Positions 14,905 to 28,428 of a stretch of DNA of 64,000 nucleotides are shown piece by piece (positions within the stretch are counted from its first letter, which is position 1; every line of letters starts with the position of its first letter). Where the stretch lies: NCBI GenBank assembly GCA_020137815.1, contig CM035359.1:868001-932000 (forward strand), written 5' to 3'. Both the position numbers and the translations under genes were made by a program. This DNA is from Hormiphora californensis (taxonomy: Eukaryota; Animalia; Ctenophora). The notes below the pieces were generated by a model. That model was not told where the DNA came from, made no database searches, and worked only from the letters and a program-made list of their open reading frames with translations.

Positions 14905-17900
14905 CACTTACACTTTGGGGGGGGGGTTTTTCCGGGTTTTGGGGGGGGGGGGGAATTTTTTGGGGGGGAAAAAATTTTTTTAAAAAAAAAAATTTTTTTT
15001 TTTGGGGGGGTTTAAAAAAAAAAAAAAATTTTTTTTTTTAAAAAAATTTAAAAAAAAAAAAATTTTTGGGGGGGAAAAGGGGGGGTTTTTTTTTTTAAAA
15101 AAAAGGGTTAAAAAAAAAAAAAGGGGGTTTCGGGGGTTTTTTTGGGGATTTTTTCCCCTTTTTTTTTTTTGGGGGTTTTTTTTTTTTTTTTGGGGTTTTT
15201 TTTTTTTTTTTTTTGTTTTTTTTTTTTGGGGGGGTTTTTTTTTGGGGGGGGGGTTTTTTTTTTTTTAAAAAACCCAAAAAAAAAAAAACCCCTTGGTTTT
15301 TTTTTCCCCGGGGTTTTTTTTGGCCCCCAAAATTTTTTTTAAACGGGGGGGTTTTGGGGGGAAAAAAAACCCCCCAAAAAAAAAAAAAAAAATTTTTTTT
15401 AAAAAAAAATTTTTTTTAAAAAAAAATTTTTAAAATTTTTTTTTTTTTCCCCCCAATTTTTTTTTCCCCCCCCTTTTTTCCCCCCCCCGGGGGGGTATTT
15501 TGGGGGGGGGGGGGTTTTTGTTTGAATTTTAAAACCCCTTTTTTTAAAAAAAAAAAATTTTTTTAAAAAAAAAAAAATTTTAAAAAAAAACCCAAATTAA
15601 AAATTTTCTTTTAAACCCCCCTTTTTTTTAAAAAAACCCCCAAACCCCCCCCTTTTTTTGGGGGCCCCCCCTTTCTTTTTTCCCCCCCCCCTTTTTTTTT
15701 TCCCCCCGGCCCTTTCCCCTTTTTCCCCCCTTTTTCCCCCCCCTTTTTTTTTTCCCCCCCCTTTTTCCCAATTTTTTTTTTTCCCCCTTTTTTCCCCTTT
15801 TTTGTTTTTAAAAAATTTTTGGGGGCCCCTTTAAATTTTTTTTTTTTTTTTAAAATTTTTTTTGGGGGGGGAAAATTTTTTTTTTTTTTAAAAAAAATTT
15901 TTTTTTCAAAAGGAAACCTTTTTTTTTTTTTGGGGTTTTGGAAAAAAATTTTTTTAAAAAAAAAAAATTTTTTTTTAAACCCCGGGGGTTTTTAAAAATT
16001 TTCCCCCCCAAAAAAAAAAGGGGTTTTTTTTTAAAAAAATTTTTTTTTTTTTTTTTTTTGGGAAAAAAAATTTTTCCCCTTTTTTTTGGGGGAAAAAAAA
16101 AAGGGGATTTTTTATTTTTTTTGGGTTTTGAAAAAATTTTCCCCCCCGGGGGGTCCCCCCCCGGGGGGTTTGGGCAAAAATTTTTTTTCCTTTCCCCCTT
16201 TTTTTAAAAGGGGGGCCCCCCCAAAAATTTTAAAATTTTTGGGCCCCCTTTTTTTAAACTGCCGGTTCCCCAAATAAAAAAAAAAAAAAGGGGGGGGGGG
16301 TTTTTTTTTGGGTTTTTTTAAAAAAAACCCCAAAAACCCCTTTTTGTGGGGGGGGTTTTTAAAAAGGGGGGGGGTTTTTTTCCCCTTTTTTTTTTGGGCC
16401 AAAAAAGGGAAACCCCGGGGCCCTTTTTTCAATTTTTTTTTAAAATTTTCACCTTTTTTTTTTTTTTTTTTTGGGGTAGGGGGAAAAGGGGGGGTTTTTT
16501 TTCCCTTTTTTTTTTTTTTTTCCCCCTTTTGGGGTTTTTAAAAAATTTTAAACCTTTTAAATTTAAATTGGCCTTTTTTTTTTTTTTAAAAAAACCCTTT
16601 AAAAAATTTAAGGGGTTTTTTTTTTTTTTTAAAAAAAAAAAAAATTTTTTTGGGGGCCCCTTTTTTTTTCCCGGAAAAATAAAATTTTTTTTTTGGGGGG
16701 GGAAAAAAATTTTTTTTAAAAAAAAAAAAGGGGTTTTTGGAAAAAAAAAACCTTTTTAATTTTTTTGGGGGTTTTAAAAATTTTTTTAAAAATTTTTTTT
16801 TTCCCCAAAAAAATTTTTTTTTTTCCCCCCCTTTTTTTTTTAAAATTTTTCCCCCCAAAAACCCCCAAAAAACCCCCCTTTTTGGGTTTTAAAAAGGGGG
16901 GGGGGTTTTAACCCTTGGGGGCCCCCAATTTTTTTTTTTTTCCCCTTTGGGGGTTTTTTTTTTTTTAAAAAAATTTTTAAAAAAAAAAAATTTTTTAAAA
17001 AAAAATTTTGGTTTTTTTGGGCTTTGGGGGGGGGAAAAAAACCCCCCCCAAAATTTTTTTTTAAAAAAAAAAAAAAAGGGGGGTTTTTTTGGGGGGGGGG
17101 TTTTTTTTTTTTTCCCCCTTTTAAAAATTTTTTTGGGGGGGGGAAAAATTTAAAAATTTTTTTGGGAATTTTTTTTTTAAAATGTTTTTGGGGGGGGGGG
17201 GTTTTTTTTTTTTGGGGGGGGTTTTTTGGTTTTAAAAAATTTTTTCCCAAAAAAGGGGAAACCTTTTTGGTTTTTCCCCCCTTTTTTGGGGGGGGGGGGG
17301 GGTTTTTTTGGGGGGGGGGGGGGGGGGGAAAAAAAAAAGGGGGGGGGGAAAAAAAAAAGGGGGGGGAAAAAAAAAAAACCCCCCGGGGGGGGGGAAAACT
17401 TTTTTTTTTTAAAAAATTTTTTTTTTTTTTTTTAAAAAAGGTTTTGGCCCCCCCCGGGATTTTTAATAAGAACCAATTTGGGGGGGGGGTTTTTTAAAAT
17501 TTGGGGGGGGAAAATTTTATGGGGTTTAAAAAGGGGGGGTTTTCCCCAAATTTTCCCAAACCCTGACCCAAAAACCCCCAAAAAAAAAAATTTTCCCTTC
17601 CAAAAAAAATTTTTTTAAAAAAATTTTTTTTTTTTTTTTGGGGAAAAAAAAAAAACCTTTTTGGTTTTTCCCTTGGGCCCAAATTTTTTTTCCCAAAAAA
17701 AAAAAAATTTTTTTTTTTTAAAAAAAAATTTTTCCCCCCCCCAATAAAAATTTTTTTTTCCCCCCCCTTTTTAAAAATTTTTTTTAAAAAAAAAAAATTT
17801 TTTTTTTTTGGGTTTTTTAAAAATTTTTTAAAAAAACAGGGTTTTTGATTTAAATTTTAAAATTTTTTTTAAATTTTTTGGGGGGGGGAAAAACCAATTT

Positions 17901-18133
17901 TTTTTAAAAAAACCGAAAACCTTTTTTTTTTAAAAAATTTTTTTCCCCAAAAAAAAAAATTTTTTTTTGGGGGGAAAAAAAAAAAATTCCCCTGCCCTTT
18001 TTTTCGGGAAAAAAAAAACCCCTTTTTTTTTCAAATTTGGGGGGGAAACCCCAAATTTCCCCCGGGGGCCCCCAAAAAATTTTTATTCCCCCCCCCCCGG
18101 GGGTTTTTCCCCAAAAAAATTTAAAAAAAAGGG
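14905..18133. other. homopolymer-smeared low-quality block (probable sequencing/assembly artefact)
   Basis: About 3.2 kb made almost entirely of A/C/G/T runs with no repeating unit, bounded sharply by normal sequence. Confidence 0.85.
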
Positions 18134-18787
18134 ATTGTCTTAGAAGTAAATGTTCTGAATTCTGATTTGGTGGTTTGATTCAAGCATTAAGTACTGTTGA
18201 CTAGGCAACCTCGTGATTAGTTGATAAGAACCAACTGGGTGACGAGGGGTATGTTAAAACCTAGCTTGAAGGGGATAATTTGATGTGTTGATAAGACATG
18301 GGAATTCTCCCGAATTCTCTCAAAGCATGACCATTACAATGGTAATACGCAGACAAGGTAAGGTAACCATGAAGCGGCTGCTGGAAGTGGAATTTGATTG
18401 TACACTAAATGTTTAGCAGGCGAGTCAGTGAGTCTGTATAGTATGGAAAGTGAAACCTACCAATTCAAATGTTGTAACCCATGAATGTCTGTAAGAGAGT
18501 TAAGTGACAAAAATATCTGTCAAGATGTTTTAATACCCTTCAAAATATTTATCCGCCCTACCAACCCACGTACATGATAAGTTTGACTAGGGGAAGTCCC
18601 CCCCCCCTTTAAAGATATATATATTCCAACGGGTAACAAGTCCCGGATTCGCTATAAAACTGTTGTCATGTGTATTCGTTAATATATGTTACCAAATAAT
18701 AACACGTGGTCTATGATACAACCATCTGAATAAGATTGGTTCAGGTGATGGAGGTTATGTAATTAATCAATTTATTATACCCCCCAG

Positions 18788-19756
18788 AAAGAGGCCGATT
18801 AGTTCCGTGTTTAATGTGGAAAGTGATGAAGAAGATAGTGATATGGAGCAGCAGCAGCAGAAAGCCAAAACAAAGAAGGATGGGTTTAAGAATATGAAAC
18901 GTCAGGCTAAACTTGACATTCAGCGTGCCCTTGAGGTCAGATATATAATACTGATAACCCTTTGAGTCCCTTAGCATATATGCTGATCCATATTCCGGTC
19001 GGACCCCGATTTACCGGAAACCCGGTTTCCCGGAAGGATACTTTTCCACCGAGCATCCCGGTAAATCGTGGTCCAACTGAACATACACTTAGAATGCATG
19101 TATATGCACTTAGAATTTACGGTTTGGATTTCTCATTCAAAACTTAAAATTGAGTGTGTATTCTTACCCCACTGGCCACTGCTCGTAACATGTAATATGT
19201 AACATGTAACATGTATTACCCTCTTTGACAGGACGATCCAACAGTCTACCAATATGATGAGATATACGATGATATGAAGGAGGAAAAGGCACAAAAGATA
19301 ACCCTTGCCAAACAGGATAAAACGTCAAAGTATGCCAAGAATTTGCTGAGAAATGCAGCAGTGAGAAAACTACAAAATGACAGGTAACAACTTCACCACT
19401 TAGTCCACGTCAGGGACCGACCGAATCAGGAAATACTGGTCCCTGATTGGCTGATAACCAGTCACGTGACCTAAATAACGAGTTCTGATTGGTTGTTTAC
19501 TTGTTTCGGTAATAAAAAAGTCAAGTTAACCAAAAGAATGTTTCGAGCATATTCAATTCGGTGACTCTGATAACTTATCTAGATTATATCCGAGTTCATA
19601 TATATAATTTCTCCCCAGGCACTTTGAAAGGAAATGTCAGAAAGAGCTTGAGGACGAGGGGGACGAGTTCGCTGACAAGGAATCCTTTATTACGGGGTCC
19701 TACAAGAAGAAACTAGAGGTATGGAAGATGGAGAGATGTCTCTGTCTCTGTCTCTG

Positions 19757-19787
<31 letters not shown>

Positions 19788-19860
19788 TCTCTCTCTCTCT
19801 CTCCGCTCTCGTCTCAGTCGCTATCTCTCTACCTCGCTCTCTCTCTCTCTTCTCTCTCGA

Positions 19861-19891
<31 letters not shown>

Positions 19892-20311
19892 GTCTCTGTC
19901 TCTGTCTCTGTCTCTGTCTCTGTCTCTGTCTCTGTCTCTGTCTCTGTCTCTGTCTCTGTCTCGCTCTCTGTCTCTGTCTCTGTCTCTGTCTCTGTCTCTG
20001 TCTCTGTCTCTGTCTCTGTCTCTGTCTCTGTCTCTGTCTCTGTCTCTGTCTCTGTCTCTGTCTCTGTCTCTGTCTCTGTCTCTGTCTCTGTCTCTGTCTC
20101 TGTCTCTGTCTCTGTCTCTGTCTCTGTCTCTGTCTCTGTCTATGTCTCTGTCTCTCTGTCTCTGTCTCTGTCTCTGTCTCTCTCTGTCTCTCTGTCTGTC
20201 TCTCTCTCTCTCTCCTCTCCTCTCTCTCTCTCATCTCTCTCTCGTCTCTCTCTCTCTCTCGCGCTCCTCTCATCTCATCTCTCTCTCTCTCTCTCGTCAT
20301 CTCTCTCTCTC

Positions 20312-20369
<58 letters not shown>

Positions 20370-21324
20370 GCTCTCTAGCTCTCTTCTTAAAAGTCACCAA
20401 TATATCTGTTTCTTAGGAGCTTGAAATACTTGAAAAGGAGCACAAAAAGATGGAGGAGGAAGATAGACGGAATGATGTGACAAAGAAACACGATCTTACT
20501 GATTTCTATAGGTATTCTAAAAAGCTAGAATGTTCTATCACAATTGTTTCTCTCCCTATTTTTAGCTGGTTGAGGGGAGTCAAATCTATTTCCTCCCACT
20601 GGGTTAAATCTTGAACGTCTGTCCCAAAAAATAATCAATTTTATTCGCCACGATCTTCTTCAGGAATATACTCCAGCAACGAACAACGGAAATAACAGAA
20701 TCATCATCCACCGCTGCTGCAGTTCAAGAAACACCCCTTCCAACAACAGAAACCGCTGCTACATCATCAAGTGCAACAGAAACCATTAAGAAACCAAGTA
20801 CAAACAGATCGTACAGGAGGAAGCAGGCCACTGGAGAAACAGGGAGAACCACAGCTCGGCATGATTCAACGAGTGATAGCGGTCAGAGTGAGCCAGAACC
20901 TGAGATCAAACAGGAAGTGGTCGATGAAGAAGAAGAGAAACCGGCAACTGATCAGAGTGCTGTTGCTAAGGACGCAGGATTGGTTGCTAAGGACTCAGGA
21001 TTAGTTGCTACGGATTCCGTTCCCAAGGTGAAAGAAGAGCCTCTTGATCATGATGATAGAGACGATTCAGATGATAGCTCAGACAGTGAAGAAGATGACG
21101 TGAAACCCAAACAAGATAACGACATCAAGGCTGAGGAATCAGAACAGATACCAGAAACACCCCAAGCCCTACTGACAGAAGAGGAGCAGAGGGAGTACAG
21201 GATTAAACTAATTAAGGAAGCGTGTAAGAAACGGAATACTGAGGAGACGATACAAGATGCGGTGGCAAGGTATTGGAAGAGAAGAAGTGATGGACTATGT
21301 ACACCAGTTATTGCTGCCAAGTGA
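18788..21324 (+). CDS. NSRP1: nuclear speckle splicing regulatory protein 1 (CCDC55); exons 18788-18935, 19232-19383, 19619-19718, 20417-20511, 20664-21324; first exon not found
   Basis: Spliced translation RALE|DDPTVYQYDEIYDDMK...SKYAKNLL...EFADKESFITGSYKKKLE...DVTKKHDLTDFYR...KRNTEETIQDAVARYWKRR matches the family motifs, with GT-AG introns in phase. Confidence 0.92.
19411..19510 (+). mobile_element. hAT-like MITE copy (3'-truncated)
   Basis: Same internal sequence as 7309-7417. Confidence 0.8.
19737..20380. repeat. (TCTCTG)n/(CT)n microsatellite filling an NSRP1 intron
   Basis: Simple repeat; source of the SVSV/SLSL ORFs. Confidence 0.95.
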
Positions 21325-22054
21325 TTTATACAATTCGATACAACATGACGTGATATATCTATCTCAAATCATAACAAGAATTATTGCATTATGTATTCAT
21401 AATGCTGTGTTTCCCTGCCCTACCGTTTCACATGTCAGTGACATTGTCACTGCCAACAGGATCAAGGCTTGGTCATAATGTAATGTGAGATGCATACGAT
21501 CTAGCTGTCAGTATACTTCTCACATAGCTTAGAGTTAGCTAACTCCCAATCACATGACACTTGCTAACCAGCTTTTGACATTCCAACTTAACTACTTATC
21601 TAACATCTCATACTCTACTCGCAAGATGAAAATGTGTATGTAACACGCGAAATGCACGGCAGAGCATTTCATGTTTTGTTGAGTGGTGCGCGCACACACG
21701 TCCATCAAACTGTGTCAATGAGGTGTTTGATGAAGGAGTAGCTCGTCACTGTGTGCGCGGCTCTAGTTGCTACACCGTTGCCCTCGCAACGAAAGTGTGA
21801 CCAAAAAATGTCCCTCTACCGATTAGTTAGTATACGAAAATGTCGTTTTCGAATTCTAACCCTGCTATGCCTTTTTACAAAGTAAAAAGGCATCCGGGTG
21901 AATGCCTTCGGCATTCACCCGGGCAGGGAAAAAATTTAAGTTTTAATGAATGATAATCCTGGACTTTCTTTTCATGTCTCAGCTTATCTAATTCTGAAAA
22001 TATACTACAATTGCTAACAATCCCTCCCCAACCGTCTTTTAGCAGAAACCTACT

Positions 22055-23481
22055 ATGCACGGGCGTCTAAAAGTAAAAACCACGGCTGAAAAAGAGGCAG
22101 AACGAGCGAAGGAACGAGAGAAAAAGAAGGCAGTATATCTGGGAGCGATGGCTAAAATTCGACACCTTTACAACTCCGGAGATCGTTCAGAGAAGCTGTT
22201 GGTTCTTCTTGGCCAGGTTCTGGAGCGGGTACCTGAGTTTACAACTCTGTGGAACTGGAGACGGACTGTGTTGGGAGAACTACTGAAGAAGAGAGAGGAG
22301 GTCGGGATTGTAGATAAGGAGAAGGATAAACAACTTCCCTCTTCGGAGATGAAGAAAGAGGATGTGAAGGAGGACGATTGTGAGGATCAGAAGGAATGAT
22401 AATAACGAAGATGATAACGCGATAGCTGGAAAAATGGAGAAAGAACGGGTTGAGTACCTAATCGAAGGAGAGAAGAAAGAGAAAGAACGTGTTGAGCAAG
22501 CTAATCGAAGGGGAGAAGAAGTTTGTCGTGAGGTGTCTTGAGGTCAATCCCAAGGCCTATGCTCTCTGGCTACACAGGCGATGGCTTGTCTGCCTCCATC
22601 CCACAGGTGAGAGGATTGTTAGCCCTTTAATTGGGCCCTAAAGAGCTACACCCTTCATGTCAACTGTTCTATCGTTTCGGAATACAGTAATGCGATCTGA
22701 TATCAGTCGAACCCCGATTAAACGGAATAATTGGTAACGAAATTACCCTCGTAGAGGGGGGATATTGCTAATTCCCTATTATATATCGGGGGAAATCTAT
22801 CCATCCGGGGATTCCGCTAAATCGTGGTCTGGTAGTTCAGTGTATTTTGATGGTTTACTAAATTCTATTTCCAGATGAGGTGATAAAAAGGGAAATTGAT
22901 TTGTGTAATCTCTACCTGAAATTTGATGAACGCAATTTTCACTGCTGGGACTATCGCAGGTAAAAAAACAACTGTTATCCATCTAGTTTGTACTTCTATG
23001 AGCCAGGCTAATATAGACTATAGACTTGTTAGATCTGCCCTTACCACCCTCACTCTCATTATAGCTGAAGACGTGATACACAGTGATCTCGAAAGCTTGT
23101 GTCAATATTTTATGTTTTAGCTATTATCTTTCATACAGACCTCAGACTTTAAATGACACCGTTCTGTCGTGCGGCAGAGTTTGGTACGCTACAAGCTAGA
23201 GCCACACACACACACACCCTATATATATCGGGGGAAGATTATCCTGCCGTTAAATCGGGGTTCGACTGCAGTAGTAACTAACTCAATTATTCCCCTGAAT
23301 AGGTTTGTTGTTAACCTCGGTGGTATCAGTATGGTTGAGGAATTGACGACAACAACAGCGCTGATTGAACGGAACTTCTCCAATTATTCCGCGTGGCATT
23401 ATAGGAGCACCCTACTGGACACGGGCAGTGCTGATACTGTGAACAAGGAGCTGGAATGGACGCAAAACGCTTACTTCACAG
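22055..23481 (+). CDS. RABGGTA: Rab geranylgeranyltransferase alpha subunit, 5' part (exons 22055-22606, 22875-22959, 23303-23481)
   Basis: [14 protein letters not shown] start and PFTA repeats [49 protein letters not shown]. Two apparent 1-nt frameshifts near 22395 and 22497. Downstream exons not located. Confidence 0.92.
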
Positions 23482-23819
23482 GTAAAATTAAAACTTTAAT
23501 TAATTAATTAATAACATTAATTAATAACAGAAATCAGGAAGCGTAATTAATTTATATACAGCATCAAAGAAAATGAGTTGGGTTACATTTCTTTTATTTC
23601 TTGATAAAACTCCCTTTCGCGCATTATATACATATGGTCACCTTTGCTTGTCAGCACGGTGACTATCAGACATGAAACGTATCTATGAAAAGTTAGTCAA
23701 ACCTTGATTCATTTTATTCAAGAGTATTTTGCTTGGTAAACCAAGATTCCGATAAAGCAAGTTTCCAGTTAATAGTCTATACCTCAGCTCCGATCGATTT
23801 TTGCCCAACAGGGACATAA

Positions 23820-24324
23820 CACTATGTGGTCATGTCCGATAGGCTCGCGAGATCTAGTGATTTTGATAGAAAACGCGCAGTAGAGACTCAATTTTGACCT
23901 AGATCCAACCTCGTTGCGCGTTTTTACGTGTAAAACCAGCGCTGACAAGTGCTTTTTTAGCATAAATGTCGCATTTAATACATGACCGCATCGGACCGGT
24001 TGCGATGGATAGGTTGCATAGTAATCTCTAGCCCCCTAGCTTTCTTTTGATACCAAAACTTAGGTTGCGCTTTGAACAGAAGCCAGTTTTTGGGCTATAG
24101 GACGAACTTTGATGCCGTGCTGTCCTAAACCTGCCGCACTTTCAGCCAAGTTATGGGTAGCAAAATGATCTTTAGTCGATTACCTACAACTGCTACACAA
24201 TTTCCAGGGTGTTTGACAGCACACGCAAGCGTGCACGCTCCCTGAAAGCGCCTAACAAGATCGCGCAAAACCCCTCAAAACGGAGGATTCCTGTCGGACA
24301 AATGCGCGTTTTGACCACATAGTG
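23820..24324. mobile_element. Transib-like non-autonomous element
   Basis: cataa|CACTATGTGGTCA...TGACCACATAGTG|cataa: CACWATG termini with a 5-bp TSD. Confidence 0.8.
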
Positions 24325-24420
24325 CATAATTGATAATTGTATGTTTTGATGTTCTCAGCCATACATAGTTTGCGATCTGCATCTGTTTGTTCTGGCCTTT
24401 ACAATCGGCTGGTGAAGGTC

Positions 24421-24568
24421 TGACTCACACAATCACCATGGTGACGGTCTGACTCACAATCACCATGGTAACGGTCCGACTCACAATCACCATGGTGACG
24501 GTCTGACTCACAATCACCATGGTGACAGTCTGACTCACAATCACCATGGTGACAGTCTGACTCACAAT
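24421..24568. repeat. 27-bp tandem repeat (~5 copies) at the GPCR 3' end
   Basis: ctcacaatcaccatggtgacggtctga units. Confidence 0.9.
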
Positions 24569-25633
24569 CGGCTGGTGACGGTCACATCCTCGGTTCGGCG
24601 GGCACATGGCATTACCTTCCGTTTTCCAATTGCCTCGGTGATGAAATACACAATAGGGTTGACAGCTGAGAGAAAGATGGGAAGAATAACATAAAATACA
24701 GTTCCACTCCATTTGAATATACAAACTCGCGCTGAGCATGATGACCTATCTGAGTTATTATCTCCCTTTTCCCCTGAGATATTATCTCCCTTTTCTCCTT
24801 TGTTACGACCTGCTCGAGTGCTGTTTGTTGTACCTGCACTGTCGGTTATTGTTGTCCAAAGGCTGAATGTGTATGCGATAAGGAAGACAAGTGACACTGT
24901 GTGAAGAAGACTTCCCGCGTTCATTAAGAAGGATCCTGTACGTTATCCTTGTCGTGTCTCTCCCAGATTGACTTGCTGCCATTCCACCTGATTTCCTCAG
25001 ATGTGATATGGTGAGAAAGATGAAGGCCACGCCAGCAACTTGTAGTATTGACGGTATAGAGAGACTCATTAGCATTGAACCTAGCATGGCGGTTTTACTA
25101 CCTGCATCACTGCTAAATGGGTTCCAGTTAACTGCCATCACATTGTTAACTGACCACCTGATGTTACCAAGATGTACAGAATAGAAGCAGATCATGATGA
25201 GGACTTGGGTGATTGAGACACCGGAACATATGGCAAAAAAACGTTTCTTTGGTTGCATTCGTAGGGGGAACCGAAGTTGAAAGTACCGTGCCGCAAGCAT
25301 TATTGCGGTCAAAAGGTTTGGAATCAGGATTAAACTGCTTAGGATTACTGAGTAGGATCTTTGTACTGCATCTGTTTCACCCAAATCTCTAGACGGGTCA
25401 TCTTCACTTTCTGGTAATATGTACCGGAAAGCCGCGTAGATTTGAATGATACTGCTGATAAGATTTAGTAGGGCAATGAGGACGCTGGTTACTCTGTGGA
25501 CGGTGAAAGGAGCACCCAGGTGCCGGTACAGAACCAGTGGGTTAAGGATCAGCGAGATCAACCCGCACACAACCACAAATAGAAACACACCGAAATCTGG
25601 GAAGGTTGTTCCTCCGTCAGATTGAATACTCAT
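24562..25633 (-). CDS. intronless divergent class A GPCR (one apparent frameshift near 24925)
   Basis: ORF 24803-25666 carries TM1-5 (LILNPLV, LAARYFQLRFP). The overlapping frame 24562-24924 supplies TM6-7 (AVNPIVY). Removing one base at ...CTTCTTAATGAAC joins them. Confidence 0.8.
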
Positions 25634-25764
25634 CCTACAAGATGAGTGATGAATAAATCTATACATGGGAAGTGGGAATTTAGGACAAATAATTATAATT
25701 CAATTATTTAATTCAACTCACAACACACATGGCATGTATGCCCAAAGGGCAAAGACCCCTCATA

Positions 25765-26401
25765 CAGGGTGTTCATTTTGGATCTTTACAAGCGTTGGGC
25801 TTCACCCAGAAAAAAGTTGACAAGATTAGGTTATGAAACTTCATACTTGGACTATTCTATACCCTCATTCAAGGTTCCTGGGGGTTTTGGAGCTTTAGGA
25901 CCCTGGGAAGTGTGTTTTTGGCATCAAAACTACCAGAAGGAATTTTTTGCTGCTGCTGAGACTTTGCTAAAGTGGTTTTTGGGTATTTTCTATGTCAATC
26001 CTAAAGTTTCATAGAGATTGGAGGTGTTTTTCAGACTCAAAATTTCGTAAAAAGTGGCTGGAAAGACTCAATTTTAGCCGTTTTTGAGCTGTTTTCGAGC
26101 CTTTCCAGCCACTTTTATCGAAATTTTGAGTATGAAAAACACATCCAATCTCTATGAAACTTTAGGATTGACATATAGAATACCCAAAAAACATTTTAGC
26201 AAAGTCTCAGCACCAGCAAAAAATTCCTTCTGGTAGTTTTGATGCCAAAAACACACTTCCCGGGGTGCTAGAGCTCCAAAAACCCCAGGAACCTTGAATG
26301 AGGGTATAGAATGGTCCAAGTATGAAGTATCATGACCTGATCTTGTCAACTTTTTTCTGGGTGAAGGCCAACGCTTGTAAAGATCCAAAATGAACACCCT
26401 G
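25765..26401. mobile_element. Tc1/mariner-like MITE family A (near-complete palindrome)
   Basis: TA|CAGGGTGTTCAT...ATGAACACCCTG|TA; mirror ORFs 25769+ and 26152-. Confidence 0.9.
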
Positions 26402-28094
26402 TAGGACACCTCAAAGGACACCGTCATTTACCAAACTACTAGTGTATTACAACTTGTAATACACTATAGTAGTTAGGTAAATTACAAGCTCTTGTAATTT
26501 AATACAAGTGGATGAGCTACCTCACCAAGAAATGGCAGAGAGGAAACTTTATTGGGCATGAAGGTGATACGTGAAGCAAATATGAACTCTTTGTGTTGAA
26601 CTCTGTGTCTGATATATCAGATACTCAGAACACAAAGAGTGAATTGTCTTATCACAATTCATTGCTATATTCTTATTAAGCCTTCTTTTATAAAGTCTCT
26701 GGTGAGAGAATATGTCAAGAAAGACATGCCATTAATAATGCTAGCGTGAGCACAATCAAATATCGTTCTCACAGAGTCTTTATAATTATTGTATGTGTTC
26801 CATCGACTGAGATATATTCGAGTATCAAAGTCGACACTGAGTCATGACAAATTCAAATATATATATTGCAACATATATTAATTAGTCTCAATATGTCATA
26901 ATTAATAATTTATATACCAACTCTTTATTATATATCTGATATTAATATCTCAATTGCGCCTCAAGCGGTTTAAAAACCTAGTGCTCAAAAGATACCACAA
27001 AAGACTATGTACCTTCTAAAGAACGTCACCACAAAGACAATGTGTATCCAATGGATACTATCCATGCTATAAACGAACAAAAGAACGCTCAGATTTAATT
27101 GATATATATATCGAGCTAATTACCAGTACTCATTACCATTACAATATCTTACTAAAAGACTCGCTAACGAGCGCAATGGGCCGTCAGGAAGGTTTAATTG
27201 ATGTCATGTGTGACACGGATCATTACCATGACAATGAATTGCCTTTGAAACTACTTGCCCTGCTCGACCCTCTCTTTCTCCTCATCAGCCCCGACGGCGA
27301 GAGAGGTTTTTTGAAAGAATTAAGAAACTACTGCTAGACTAGGACTAGTAGGAGCGCTTAGGTCATGCACGTGCAAACTCACACGCCACCCGAAATTTAG
27401 GTTACTGTCACTCCTGCTGTCCCAACCCTGACGGGCTGGTGACACCGACCGCGGTATAGTAGTAGAGAATTTTCTGAACAATTTTGATTTTAGAGTACAT
27501 AGTAGAGGAAAAGATGCTCTAGAGACATTTTTGAAAGAGAATATTACAATTCAGAGGGTGCGCCCGAGCCTGAATGAATGCCAACAGAACGGGTTCATGT
27601 TCTGATCAGTTTAGTCTTACACGGGTCCACCCAGACTTACAAACTATCAGAACACGGACCCATCTGCGATCATATTACGGACCGGGTAAACCCACTAATT
27701 GACCGGTTATGTGTTATGTTTATGAAGGAGCACCGTTTAAATTAGTGCATTTTGTTTACAGACGTTAGCTTAACACTGAAGAGGACATTCTTATGTCGAA
27801 ACGTTTGTTATAATAGCTATTTGATTTTGAAGAACTGAATCAACGTCTTTTTTCCTGAATGCCTGATTACACGCTAACATACGCGAGACCAGTTCGGAGG
27901 TCCAACAGTGGCCCCCACTCCAAGGGTTACTGTCACTCCTTTGCATCGAATCAAAAAATGATCCTCCAGTTTTTTGTAGATCTCGACAAGATCTTTCGAA
28001 AACTTGAAAGTTATTTTTTGATTGGAGGTGAAATGAAGGAGCTTTGACAACGTGCCAAAAGGGTGTTGTGCGACTTTTGGCGCGAACTGATCTA

Positions 28095-28428
28095 CCCCCA
28101 TCAAAAGTTCGCGACGCTAATTCTTGGTTGGCGTCGCGATTAACGTCGCTAAAAAAGCTCATTAACTGCAAGATTCGCGTCGCGAACCCAGGTATTTGCG
28201 GCGTTTTCACTGCGTTTTTTCAAAAAAGCAAATTTTTCAGCATTTTATTTTTTCAAAATCAGCTGCTGAAATATGCAAATGCTGAAAAATTTGCTTTTTT
28301 TCAAAAAACGCAGTGAAAACGCCGCGAATACCTGGATTCGCGACACGATTCTTGCAGTGAATAAGCTTTTTTAGCGACGTTAATCGCGACGCCAATCAAG
28401 AATTAGCGTCGCGAACTTTTGATGGGGG
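28095..28428. mobile_element. palindromic MITE, TA flanks
   Basis: TA|CCCCCATCAAAAGTTCGCGACG...CGTCGCGAACTTTTGATGGGGG|TA with ~150-bp arms. Confidence 0.8.

Noticed and set aside
14905-18133. 3.2-kb block of K/F/G/P-rich ORFs that could be taken for a novel low-complexity gene or satellite
   Set aside because: Aperiodic homopolymer runs of all four bases are typical of a failed or unpolished read; there is no unit structure or codon signal.
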